Assembly (NCBI GenBank): GCA_013115145.1 | Contig: JAAPAO010000116.1 | Coordinates: 1-64,000 of the forward strand | DNA: 64,000 bases | Source of the DNA: Perkinsus chesapeaki ATCC PRA-425 | Taxonomy: Eukaryota; Protista; Perkinsozoa | Direction: 5' to 3' | Part shown: positions 47,001 to 59,000 of the stretch, one piece after another | Layout of the letters: every line of letters begins with the position of its first letter | How positions within the stretch are numbered: the first letter of the stretch is position 1 | The notes under the pieces: model-generated | Seen by the model: only the letters and a program-made list of their open reading frames with translations | What the model was told of the DNA's origin: nothing | The model's database searches: none | Translations under genes and position numbers: made by a program

Positions 47001-50000
47001 AATTGATTTCCCTATCGGACCCCTACCGTTGAATTGATTGGGAAAAATTAACTGCCTCAAGCGCGAAAAAGTTTTCTGAAAGATATAGTTGCCATTCACT
47101 AAGGTGACATTCCGCCATAGTCGGTTTTGTGATAATTTTCATCAATAATTTCATGAGCGCTCCGTATTGGTATAGTGATATATATAAATAATAATACCAA
47201 TGAGGAGTGCATGGTATTTCAGAGTTCTCGCCTTTCCAGCGTGGGGTAAGGCAGTTTCAGAGGCTTACAGTAAAGTGAACGCTGCAATGGAGGATGAAGG
47301 GGTATCGAGGAAGCTAACTCCGAAGGACTTCAGTCGAGCAGTGGAACGTTTGGCGCCATTGTCGACGAGATGGCCGCATCGATGGCCGTTGGCCGAGAAT
47401 ACTAGAATGCGCATTAGCAGGGAGATGTATGCGGTTTGGGTGGCACACGTTTATGATGGGGACGCTCGACGGAAGATATACGGGGCTTTGAGGGAGGTAA
47501 TAATGGAGGATAAGGTGTCATTACAGAAGACGACTGTTGTCATTTGCCAGCGTTATAAAGGCTTTTTAATTGGGCAGTGTGGGCATACATTCATTTCGTT
47601 AATATGTAAAACCGAGTTCGAACAGCCACGATAAATTGATTTCTATATCTTTTTATCGTGAAGTATATTTCTGGAGGGTAATCTTCTGAAGACACGAGAA
47701 TGAACGTGTGGTTCCGCCGTTAATTTATCAATAATTATCCGCTTCTTTATTATTAGTCTCTCGGTTTGCCGTCCGGTGCTGCCGGCTCCGACAACGCTCC
47801 CGAGGTCACTCTCGACCGTTCCAACGTTTCTATCGGCACAGACGTCGAGCCGTTGCCAAGAAAACATTTGGATGATCTTGAAGGCGATGAAAGGGCCGTT
47901 CTAGAAGAATACTCTTTGACCAGTGTAAGATTTTTCTTGCAATTTTCTTGCATTTATTTGACCAGGTACATAGAAGGTTGTTGGAATTTCTTGCGAAATG
48001 TGTCGTTTATAACGAACCTGCTTTGTTGGTTGGTGATACGGGGTGTGGGAAAACAACAACAGTGCAATGTCTTGCACGCATGCTCAATCGGGAGTTGATG
48101 GTATATAATTTTTCGGATCAAAGTGAGGCGCAGGAGCTCATCGGTGGGCTGAAACCGTTGCCGATTGACGCGGACGATCTGATCAAGAGGTGGCACGTTT
48201 TGATGGACAAGACATTTTCGAAGAAGTCAAATGCGGCATTGGCGGCGCATGTTGATAAGGTTGCTAAGAAAAAAGGCGGAGCGAAGGCGCTGGGGATTAT
48301 TGCTGAGACCGCGAGGAAGGCCATTTCGGCTGGAAGGGAGGAGGAGGAATGGAAGAAGCTTGCACAGGAATGTAAAGCAGCTGTGGAGACTAAGGTAGAA
48401 GTGGGCTTGGTAGGGGATAGTGATGCGTGGGATTTTAGAACAAATCATTAAGGCACCTATTCAACCCTTTCACAGGAGGAGGAGAGGGTTGAATGGACTC
48501 GATAGAAAATGATGTGGTTGATAGGGGAGTTTTAAATAAGATGGCAACGGTGGGGTAGAAAAGTCTGATGAGGATAGAAGTGTTGGAAAGATTGATTTTT
48601 AGCAGATTTTAGATTATTAAATTATCATTGTCACATCAGTAATCGAGTCTACGTGGGAGTTCGGCATCGGGAACTTAATGGGGCGCAGATTTCTTGTAGG
48701 TATCCCTCCGGTTTGAGTTTGTCGAAGGTCAGCTCTTAACTGCCTTACGGACGGGTGCGTGGTTGGTATTAGATGAGATTAATCTTGCCCCTGGTGACAT
48801 GTTGCAGAGGATAGCAGGGCTGCTAGAGCAAGGGGCGAGCACTGAAGAGCATCCACTCTATTTCGACGTACATGAGGCTGGCGGCTCGGGTTTGAAGATT
48901 CCTATTCACCCTGATTTCCGTCTGTTTGCTTGTATGAATCCGAGCCATCTCGGCCCGGCGAAGAAACCTTTGCCGGCGGGGATAAGGGCGAGATTTTGCG
49001 AATATTATGTAGATGAAGTAGTGGAGGATGCGGACCTGATTCAGCTCGTTTCGGATGGGCTGTCGAGGAATTTGCCGAACCCGCCGAGCGAGGCTGTCGT
49101 TAGGGTGTATAAGACAGTGAGGGAGATGGCAGCAGACGGGCAACTGAGTGATGGGCAGGGCGGAAAGCCTGTGTTTTCGTTGAGGTCGCTGTCGAGAGCT
49201 TTGAGGTTTGCTCGGACGTTTGTGAGGAGCCCGAAGTATAGGCATCATGATGGGGGCATTGAAGCGGTAGGCAATGGGAGAGAGGACGGCTTAGAGTGTC
49301 GAGGGATGGCGCCAGGGATGATTCAATGGCTTTGACTCTTACTGGGGAGGTTATCGGGGCTAAGTGCTATTATATGCAACGTGCCGATTATGCTGCTTCA
49401 TTATTGACAATATAGTACTATAGTAATATAGTATAATATAGGCCGTATCACAGCGTGCTCGCGTCTACTGAAAAGTGAAGGATGAATTAATACGCTCGTG
49501 TTCGCGCGTTAAACCGCTGAGCATTGGGAGCTTGTAAACAGCTACGCCTGTGGGAAAGTTTGATGAGATTCTCCGTAGACACGTAAACGTGATTTTTCGT
49601 CATCCTTCAGGTTCGAGAAGGTCTTGCTGTGACCTTTGCGGGAGTGCTTTCGGAGTCCTCTGAGGCGAAGGTCATGGAGGAGATCAATCGACTTCTGCCG
49701 GGGCCGTCGAAAGTTGTTAAAAGGATTGGCCAAGCGGCCGGCAGCCTGGATGCTGTGGTTGAAAGGGACGCGGTGTGTATAGAAGGTTATTGGGTGGCGA
49801 GAGGGCCGAAGGAAATCGATGCCCAGAGGCTCTTGGCGGAGTTCTGCGTCACGGAATCGGCTAGAAGGAATCTTAGGAAGGTTCTGAGATGTGTGTCGGG
49901 AGGTAGGGAAGAATGGCGTTTGTGAGATTTGAACCTGGGTCGTCTGTAGGTAAGGTGGTGAGACCGCCCGTGTTGCTAGAAGGGCCGACGGGAGCTGGGA

Positions 50001-53000
50001 AGACATCCTTGGTTAAATTCGTAGCGGCTATGACTGGTCACGAATGCATCAGAATCAACAATCACGAGCACACGGATCTGCAGGAGTATCTTGGACAGCA
50101 TGTCTACGACCATGGTGTCCTGAAGTTTGAGGAAGGACCTTTGGTGAAGGCTTGTCGTAAGAGAGGGGAGGAGAGGGATAAAATACTAAATGAGAATATT
50201 TTAGTAGTGCTTTTGAGGTCGTAAGGGACTGTGTGATGGCTTGCCGTGGGGGAGGGGGATAGATAGGGATATCATTTGTTATGTAATTATTTCGTTATAA
50301 TATAAAAATTAGGTCTGTTTGTCTCTGGAAGGATGTGCCGTTATGAGTCGCATTGCTATTGATAGTGCTGGTGGGTTTATGGTCGTTGGGGGATTGCTGG
50401 CAAGGGAGTAGGCGGCTTCCAGTCAGGGGTTTGGGGGTAAATAGGATAGCCTATGAAACCTGATAATTTTATATACGAAAAGGAATTGGAAGGATAGGCA
50501 ACTGTGAGATGCATTGCTGGTCGGTTTATGGTCGCGGGAGAATTATAGGCAAATTCGGTAGGAACGATTTTGTTGGATGCTGAGCTTGTGCCGAAAATGG
50601 GAAGTGGTGAGTAGAAATTTGGAGGTGAATGTCGAATACAATTTTCTCGAGATTTTGAGATATTTTTCAACATGGTGATTGCTGTCAGGTTCGGGGGCAT
50701 GGGTGGTTTTGGACGAGCTCAATCTTGCTCCAAGTGAAGTATTAGAAGGCATCAACAGGCTGCTGGATGATAATAGGGAGATCCACATTGCGGAGACCAA
50801 CACAACGGTTGTCCCCGATCCGGACTTTGTCGTTTTCGCGACGCAGAATCCGGCGGGAGGAGACTACGGAGGGAGAAAGCAGCTGTCCAGGGCGCTTAGA
50901 AATCGCTTTACAACAATGTGGATCGACTCGCTGTCATCAGAGGAGCTGCGGGCAATTCTTCAACATAAGTGTCAGCTGGCGCCGTCGATAGCATCGGGGA
51001 TGGTGAAGGTTTACGAGAGCCTCAGGGCACATAAGAACGTTGATGCTTTACTGGCGGGAGGGGGGTCGGAGTTGATTACTATAAGAGATATACTGAGGTG
51101 GGCTCATAGACGGCCGGGGACTATGCAGGAATGTGGGCTGGAGGGATGGTGTCTGTTGGGGGAACGATTAAGGCACGAGGATCAAAGGGTAGAGGTGGCC
51201 AAGGCTCTTGTGACGCATTGCAGGACTTATGGCGTCACAGTCGAGAGCTATCTGGATTTGGACTACAGGGAGGACCCGTACGTGGCGGAGATCAAAAAGG
51301 GGCAGTGGGGCACGGGATTGGTGTGGACGGAAACGATGTGCCGAATGATAGCTTTGGTGAGCCGGTGCGCGAAGTATGGAGAGTCGGCGCTGCTGGTGGG
51401 TGAGACGGGAACGGGGAAGACCACAGTGGTGCAGACGGTGGCCGATTTCCATGGTATCAATTTGGAGATTGTCAACTGCCATCAGCACACTGAACCGGCG
51501 GACTTCTTGGGCGCCATGAGACCGGCGGCGGGGAGGAGGGATGTGAGGGGACTTATAATGGCGAAGGCGAGGCGGATGTGCGAGCTGGTCGGCAGGGAGA
51601 TGGGGGAGGAGCCGGCGACCACTGTGAGGAGCATCGTTGTGGATTACTCACTTGAGGACCAGGATGAGGTTGAGGAAAATGCCAGCCCGAAACGAGCTCG
51701 GGTGCGATCGGAGCTCAGGGCACTTTGGAGGGAAATTGGAGACCTTCGCGGGGAGGTGAATCATGAGACTGAGCATGACTTATTTGCCTGGCAAGATGGG
51801 CCGGTGACGCGGGCGATGCGAGGAGAGGGCCATTGGGTGCTCCTCGATGAAGCTTCGTTGGCGACCGATGCAGTGCTGGAGAGACTGAACTCGGTATTGG
51901 AGGCGGGCGAGCGGAGCGTGATGCTGGCGGAGAAGCCGGGAGGGGAAGTTGTGGTCGGAGGCGAGAAATTCAGCTTGATGATGACAATGAATCCAGGCGG
52001 TGACTTCGGGAAGAGGGAGCTGAGTCCAGCGCTGCGGTCTAGGATGACTGAGATATGGATTAAGGGCCTCGACTACAGCGATGAGAATGAGGATTCTGAG
52101 GCTAGCCGATTGATCAGGAATCTTCTCAGTGACGAGGCGAAACCGTTGGCTGGATCGATTCGGCGAGCAGTTGCGTGGGTGATGGAGGAGATTCCGGCGC
52201 AGGTGCTGCCGATGTCGATCCGAAATGTGGGACTGTGGGTGACGGCATGCAATGAGTTGGTGGGGATGAGTCTCGGAGAGAGGTTTCTACATGGCGGGAC
52301 GATGACGATAGTAGATGCCCTGATGGATTCGCCTGAACTGCAGCGGAAGGCTATGAGGATGCTGGAGGGGTATGCTCCGGAGGGCACGGATTTGGGGAGC
52401 TTTGGTGAAGATGGGTATGAGTGGGTGAGGGATGCAGTGCGTCGGAGTGACTCAGGTAAGAGAATGATCATTGCGATTTCGACTGAGTAGATTTTATTGA
52501 TAACCATTTTATGCATTTCTGTGACAAGATGATGACTATCATTAATAAATTATTAATAATAATATAGTCTGTCGGCCTCCGCACATGCCAATTGGTGAAC
52601 CCTATATATAACAGATTTGTCAGAATGTTATACAGTAAACTTGTATCATTTCTAAGGACATATTATCGTCGGGGTAATGGTACTGATCTTATTAGTAGCA
52701 GTTTGACCAGTTTACATCGTAGATTAATCTGGCTCAATTCACTGAACCAGCAGTACCGTCCTTCATCCCTTTTGGTCGAAGGGGAAAACTAAACGTGATT
52801 TTTTATCGCATCGTCCGCAAGGCATTACTTATGGTACTTTCTGTATCTCGAATCTGCGTATACCTTCCGCTCCTGCTGGTCGTCCTGTGATACTCCTTAT
52901 CGTATGTAGCTGGTGAAACTCCAATTAACGAATGCCGTTTGGTATTATCGTAAAATTGGTTGTTATGTTTTTCTTTTTAGATGGTCTTGGCCCGTTCCAC

Positions 53001-56000
53001 TTCCCTCCTGTGTCTTCCGGCTCAACAATCTCCCCAGTGGCCTTCGATTTCGCGGCACCAACTACAGCTCTGAATCTTGGTCGAATTCTTCGGGGCATCA
53101 CGGTTGGCAAAGGTATGGCGGTTCTGCTAGAAGGTCCTCCAGGGACAGGAAAATCGTCCATAATAGCAGCATTGGCGGCAAGATGTGGCCGCGAGTTGGT
53201 ACGGATTAACATCTCAGAGCAGACAGAGATTGCTGATCTGGTGGGGCAATTCCTGCCCACCGCTGGGCAGGGCGGCGACGGCGGCCATGAGGTGAGCGGG
53301 TGCTGTTGACCTTCCTGTTGCGGTATGCATTCTCCATGTCGGAGTGTGGGCTGATGCCTATCCTGCTTGAATCACCAGGGCTCCGCGTATGGGAGGGCAC
53401 ATGAGCTCAATTTAAGCCTTGGAAATAAGTTTTATTGATATCATTAATTTTTATTTATACTCATGTCGTTGGCAGTTTGAGAGGAAATGTCTCGGGGCTT
53501 CACCTGGTTGTGGTATGCATTCGACGGAGTATAAGTTACTTCCAAAAATGCTCCCATTGAGCCCTCAGCCTCACGTGCCTTCCTTTTTCAGGTATCATTC
53601 GCGTGGTCGGATGGTGTCCTCTTGTCGGCTCTTCGTCGGGATAACTGTTGGGTGCTCCTAGATGAGCTTAATCTTGCTCCTCAACCGGTGTTGGAGGGGC
53701 TTAACTCTTTGCTGGACCATCGCCGAGAGCTTGTTGTTCCCGAGACCGGCGAAAAGGTTCGCGCGAAGCCCGGCAGTTTCCAGCTCTTCGCCACGCAGAA
53801 CCGCATGGTCGACGGCGGTGGCCGCAAAGGTCTGCCCAAGTCGTTTCTGAATCGTTTTGTGAAGATTGCTGTATCCGAGCTCACCGCGAAGGATTCCGAA
53901 TCCATCTGCATGAGGCTCTTCGGTGAGGAGTTGTGGCCGGTGGTCTGCCAAGGCGCCGTTGAATCGGTTCGGGCCGCTGGGGAGATGCAGTTCAAAGGGG
54001 GGAGCGGATGGGAGTGGAATCTTAGAGATGTAGGCGGAGCGAAGCGTTTTTTGTTTTCATTTTTTGTTTAGGTGCTGAGAGTGTCATCATCGGTGCAAGC
54101 GGGCAAGGTCGAACAGCTATCCCCGGCTCTTCAGTGCTACCTGCTTCTATCGTGTCGGCTTCAGACGGCGGAAGACCGCGAGGCGCTTCGCTCGGTGATC
54201 TGGTCAGCCGCGAAAGACCCGAGGTGGACGGCGGGGTGCGATGTTGAAGATGTGGACGTTGGATCGATGCTCATTAGAGTTGCCGAGGCCTTCAAGAGCT
54301 CTGCGAAGGCTGGCTTCGGTGTGACCGATACTGATGTACTCCAGAGTCAATCATTTGGTCTGAGCGCTGGAAGCGCCGCTGTCCTGAACTCGTGGCCGGT
54401 CCTGATGGTTGGTGATGGTGGCACTGGACGGAGGAAGCTTGTTGAGGTGTTGGCCGCTGTGGCGGGAGTGAAGCTGGTGAGCATTAGAATGCATGCTCAG
54501 ATGGATGCCAACGATCTGGTTGGGCAGTTTGTTCAGCGTCCTGAGGGTGGCTTCCAGTGGGTTGACTCCCCGCTGGTCTGCGCGCTGAAATCGGGGGACT
54601 GGGTATTGTTTACCTCGGTCGAGCAGTGCCCCTCAGCGGTGGTAGATCGGCTAAATGCCCTCCTGGAAGTTGGAGGTAGACTGCAGGTCCCGGAGCGAGG
54701 CAGGGCTAATCCTGAGGATCTCACGGTGACACCGCACCCAGGTTGTCGGTTGTTCTTCACGGCAGATGCGCGTCATGCTCATCTGGTCTCGAATCCCTTA
54801 CGCAACCGATGCGTTGAGATATTTGTGGGCAGTTCGGCCGGAACTGCAGATCTGGAAAGAGTGTGCATGGCGGCATCTGGTGGGTTGGTCGATAGCGTTG
54901 AGGAAATGCAAGATTGCAAGAAATTTCAAGTTGTCGCTCGGGAAGCCAGCAGGCAGGCAGCTCTCGGTAGGGGTTTCCGTGGAGAAGCGTCTGAGATCGG
55001 GCAGTTGAAGCCTCTGTTCGCGGAGCAATCGATTGTCGCTAAAACAATTGGTGCGGCGAAGATGTGCGCCGAGGAGGGCCCGGAGGGTGAGTGTTATGCT
55101 TACAGATGGATGATCGAGAGCACTTTGGGGACTTCCTGGGACATCGAATCGCGACTGGAGGCACTTCCTGAAGAGGTTACGATCGATCCTGCGGTCTTGA
55201 GAAACATGAAGGCCATCTGTCCGAGCGACAGGCGATGGGTTGTGATGACATATATGAGAGTTGCTCCGAGAGAGGGATCGTTGCTGTACCAACTGGAGCA
55301 CCCTGAAGATGCTGCAGAGCTGGCCTTGTTGAGCGGCCGAAGGTTGCAGTTGATGAAAAGAGCTCAGAGGGTCGCTGGAGAAGTGCCGACAGATCCACGA
55401 GTGATGCCGTATTACTGTCGACTGATGAAGGTTTTGGATTCCTACGACCAGCTCAGCTCCCAAGCGGAGACCAGTCTCATAGTGTTCCTGGATGAATACG
55501 AGCGAACAGTGCGCTCTCCGTCTGATAGGTCGACGCGGCCACCGGAAGCCGCGGTGGCGTGTCCGGTTCATCTGCCTATGTTCGGTAGTGCGAGCGAGTC
55601 GGCCATGGAGCTGGTCCTCGAGGTTGCCATTCGAAATATCAGTCTTGCGTACCAGAGCACTTCGGGCGACCGTCGGGCCCAGACGCTTGGAGACATTCTA
55701 GCGCAAGTCAGAAGCCTTGCTGTGCTTAATCGGAGGGCCAGGAAGGGTGATGAAGATTCTCGAGAGAAGCTACAGAAGTTGCAGGTCGTTTTGGCCGAGA
55801 CCGTGGCGAGTATAGTTGATTCTGCCAGACAACACCGTGAGGAGACTGCTGTCGCGGACGAGGTCTCGAAACGACCTGTATGGCCGGCAGAGATACTGAG
55901 GTGCGCTGGAGAGATATCGGCCAGTCGCTTCGATGAACTCGAGCTACCGTGCCCATGGCCGGTGGTGGACGGCTTGGCAATGCAAACTGAAGCGGCTTGG

Positions 56001-59000
56001 AGCACCGGAAGCATTCCTGGTGATTTGGCAGCCGTCGAGGGGCTGTTCTCGAGGCTCGCTCAGAGAAGTCCGGAGGGTCTGATTCGAGCCCACGGTGGTT
56101 GGACGACCATTTTGGGCGCATCGGTTGCGGAGGCAGTCCTCCGATGGCCGATCAGTGACGTTCCGGAGGCGGCAAATCTGGCAAAGTATATTCGAGAAAT
56201 CGTTCCTAGTGCGGCGAAGTCTGAGGAGCAGGCGAGCGTGGAGTGCGCTGATGTTATGGAGAAGTGTTGCCGAGCTTCCGGAGACCTTCCACAGTTTGCT
56301 GGTTCGGTCGGCCGCTTTGGTGAAGCGCTCGAAGGGGAGACGGATCCGTACGCGAGGCTAGGGCTTGCTGCAGCTTGGCATCTGACGCTGGGCGCTGGTG
56401 TAAGCAACGGCTAGTGGAAAGTGAAATACGGTTTTTCTATCAGATTCTTCACCTTGAAACCGACCCTACCGAGTCTCGGTCAGCTTGGTGTATAAATGCT
56501 CATCGCTTTATAACCGACCTTGACAAGGAGCTGGATGTCCGTCAGCGTTGCTTGGACTTGGCCGCTGTCGGCGCTGGAGGTTAGTCACCGAATTTCTGGT
56601 CGCCGGTTTTATTCTCAGTTTCAGGAATTGCGTCGCTCCGTCGGGCAGTCAAAAAATTGAGCGAGTCTGTAGGAGAAGTTGAAAACACCTTGTGCGTTCG
56701 TGAAGTGCCCGAGACCAAGCCGGACGCCATCGAAGAGTTTGTCTGGGAGACCAGCGGCCTTGGAGAGATCAATCGTGACGAGGCAAACTACAGGGTGAGA
56801 TGGCGGCGCACTGTGAAGATTTTGGATTTTTGGTATCTTAGGAGTTGAGGACGCTCGTCCACGAGTTTGTTGACAGCGTTGTTGGGCCTCTGATGGCCGA
56901 CGACAGATGGCGGCAGGAAGGCTTAGAGCTGGACGAGGCCATGGTCCTGGCTCAGAGTGCTGCCAGCATTGCGGAGAGTTTAATGTGAGCTCAATAATGC
57001 AAGGGTAACTTGAAGATTCTTCCTTCAGGACTGGTTTCCCGGCCCATGGTGACATAACTCGGCCGTTGGCATTGGACTGTTTGGCTGTGGCGTCGAGTGC
57101 GGCGGCTATCACTATGAGGAATAAAGAGAACGGTCGAGGAGCTCCTCATGTTAAAAGTGAACTTAACAGGTGAGATTGAATGAATGCTTAGTGATGTAAC
57201 CTGGGTTTCGGGTTTCTCAACCGAAATGGGTCAAAACCCGAAAACCCGAATACTGTTCAATTTCCGAGTCCGCGCTTTCGGCATCGAAATTTCACTTGTC
57301 TGCAGTATTTCCCAACCAGCGCCGCCGGATTTCGGGTTTTAGGGTTCCCCAAAAAAGGCGTTTGTGCCTCCTTGTAAATTGTTCGATAGCTATTTGCGGC
57401 TGCGTAGAGATTGACGGAAATTTCTCGTGAATTGCTTTTCTGTGAATCCTCGAAAACTTTAGGATTTTTTCGCGAAAAAAGTGAACTTGATAACTTTTCA
57501 GGGTCCATTTGCCATTGAGAGCAGCCTCGCTCTCCACTGAAGAATCAGAAGATCTCGCCTACGACCCGACAACTGCCTCCCTCGCCCTCCGGGCATTCGG
57601 TGTTGCTCGATCCCAAAACAACCGCGTCGATGATGGGCGCTGGACGGCTATAGGGCATGTGGACGCGTTGGTGTCGGAGTTCGAGCGGCTTGAGGAGGAG
57701 GAAGCCGCGGCGAAGGATGAGGGCATGATAAGGCAGAATGAGGTTACTTTTATAGAGAGGATGCGAGAGTTGACGAGTGAAGATGACAACGATTTGGAGA
57801 AGCTCCAACAGGAGTACAACGTAAAGCTGTTCGAGGACGCCTCGCACAGTAGAGTGATAAGGCAGCTTGAAAGTGACGATGTCATGGCTGACATCGGCAG
57901 GCCGGTCGAGTCGGAAGCGACGGACGTAGAAGTTGAGGAGCAGGTGAATCGGGATGGGCTGGGGTCGACCGCGGATGCTACAAGAGCGCTTGATGGCATC
58001 TCTGGGTTGTTAGTGCAAGCTATTACGGATGATGATGGCACTGAGAGTGATGGGCTGATGGATGAGTTGATTGGGGAAGCCTGGAGGGACTTATTGGGGA
58101 GCCTGAAGGAGGACGAAGTGGTGACAGGCAAGAGCGGCGCCCCGGGGGGTGTCACCATCGGAAAATGGATCAACGATGATGGCATGCCGATCGTTTTGGG
58201 AAGATTGAACCGCCTAACGAGAGACCTCGACAAACGAGTGGAAGCCGAGGAGATGATGCCATCGGTTGAAAAGGAGGAAAAGGAAGTTGAGGATGCTGAT
58301 GAGGGTATTGAAGAGAATGAGGATATGAGTGTTGAGGAGTTGGAGGCATTGGAACGCAGGAGGCTTAAACGAGAAGGAGAGCTCAAGGTGAGCTGTTGGG
58401 TTGGAAGGTTCCGCAGGATTTCGCCCTATCGCTGGTGTGTGATGAGATTAGATGTTGAGAGTTTTCAATGACATATCTTTTTCAAAAATGAGCGGTTTAT
58501 ATTGAACAATGTTACTTACGAAAATCCTAATAGTAATATCGCGTGCTCTTCTAGGTAGCTCCCAGGCGGAAATATAAAAAGGGTATCTGGATATAGGTCG
58601 CAATGTTGTTTGATAAAGGCTAACCGTATCTGGATATAGGTCGCAATGTTGTTTGATAAAGGCTAACTGTATCTGGATATAGGTCGCAATGTTGTTTGNN
58701 NNNNNNNNNNNNNNNNNNNNNNNNNNNNNNNNNNNNNNNNNNNNNNNNNNNNNNNNNNNNNNNNNNNNNNNNNNNNNNNNNNNNNNNNNNNNNNNNNGGA
58801 TATAGGTCGCAATGTTGTTTGATAAAGGCTAACTGTATCTGGATATAGGTCGCAATGTTGTTTGATAAAGGTTAATTGCATCTGGTTTACTATTATTATC
58901 GCGCTAGCTTCCGTTGTGTGTCCATCTCATAATACTGTTATTTACTTTATCGGTATTAGAGAAGTCCCTTCATATCGACGTGAATACATTTCCTTCTTCA

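Noticed and set aside
54798-58386. Long minus-strand ORFs (54798-55571, 55568-56014, 57559-58386)
   Set aside because: Antisense shadows of large midasin exons; the Ser-rich content mirrors the acidic plus-strand codons.
58583-58888. CRISPR array
   Set aside because: Repeats are head-to-tail with no unique spacers, lie in a eukaryotic intron, and no cas genes are present.
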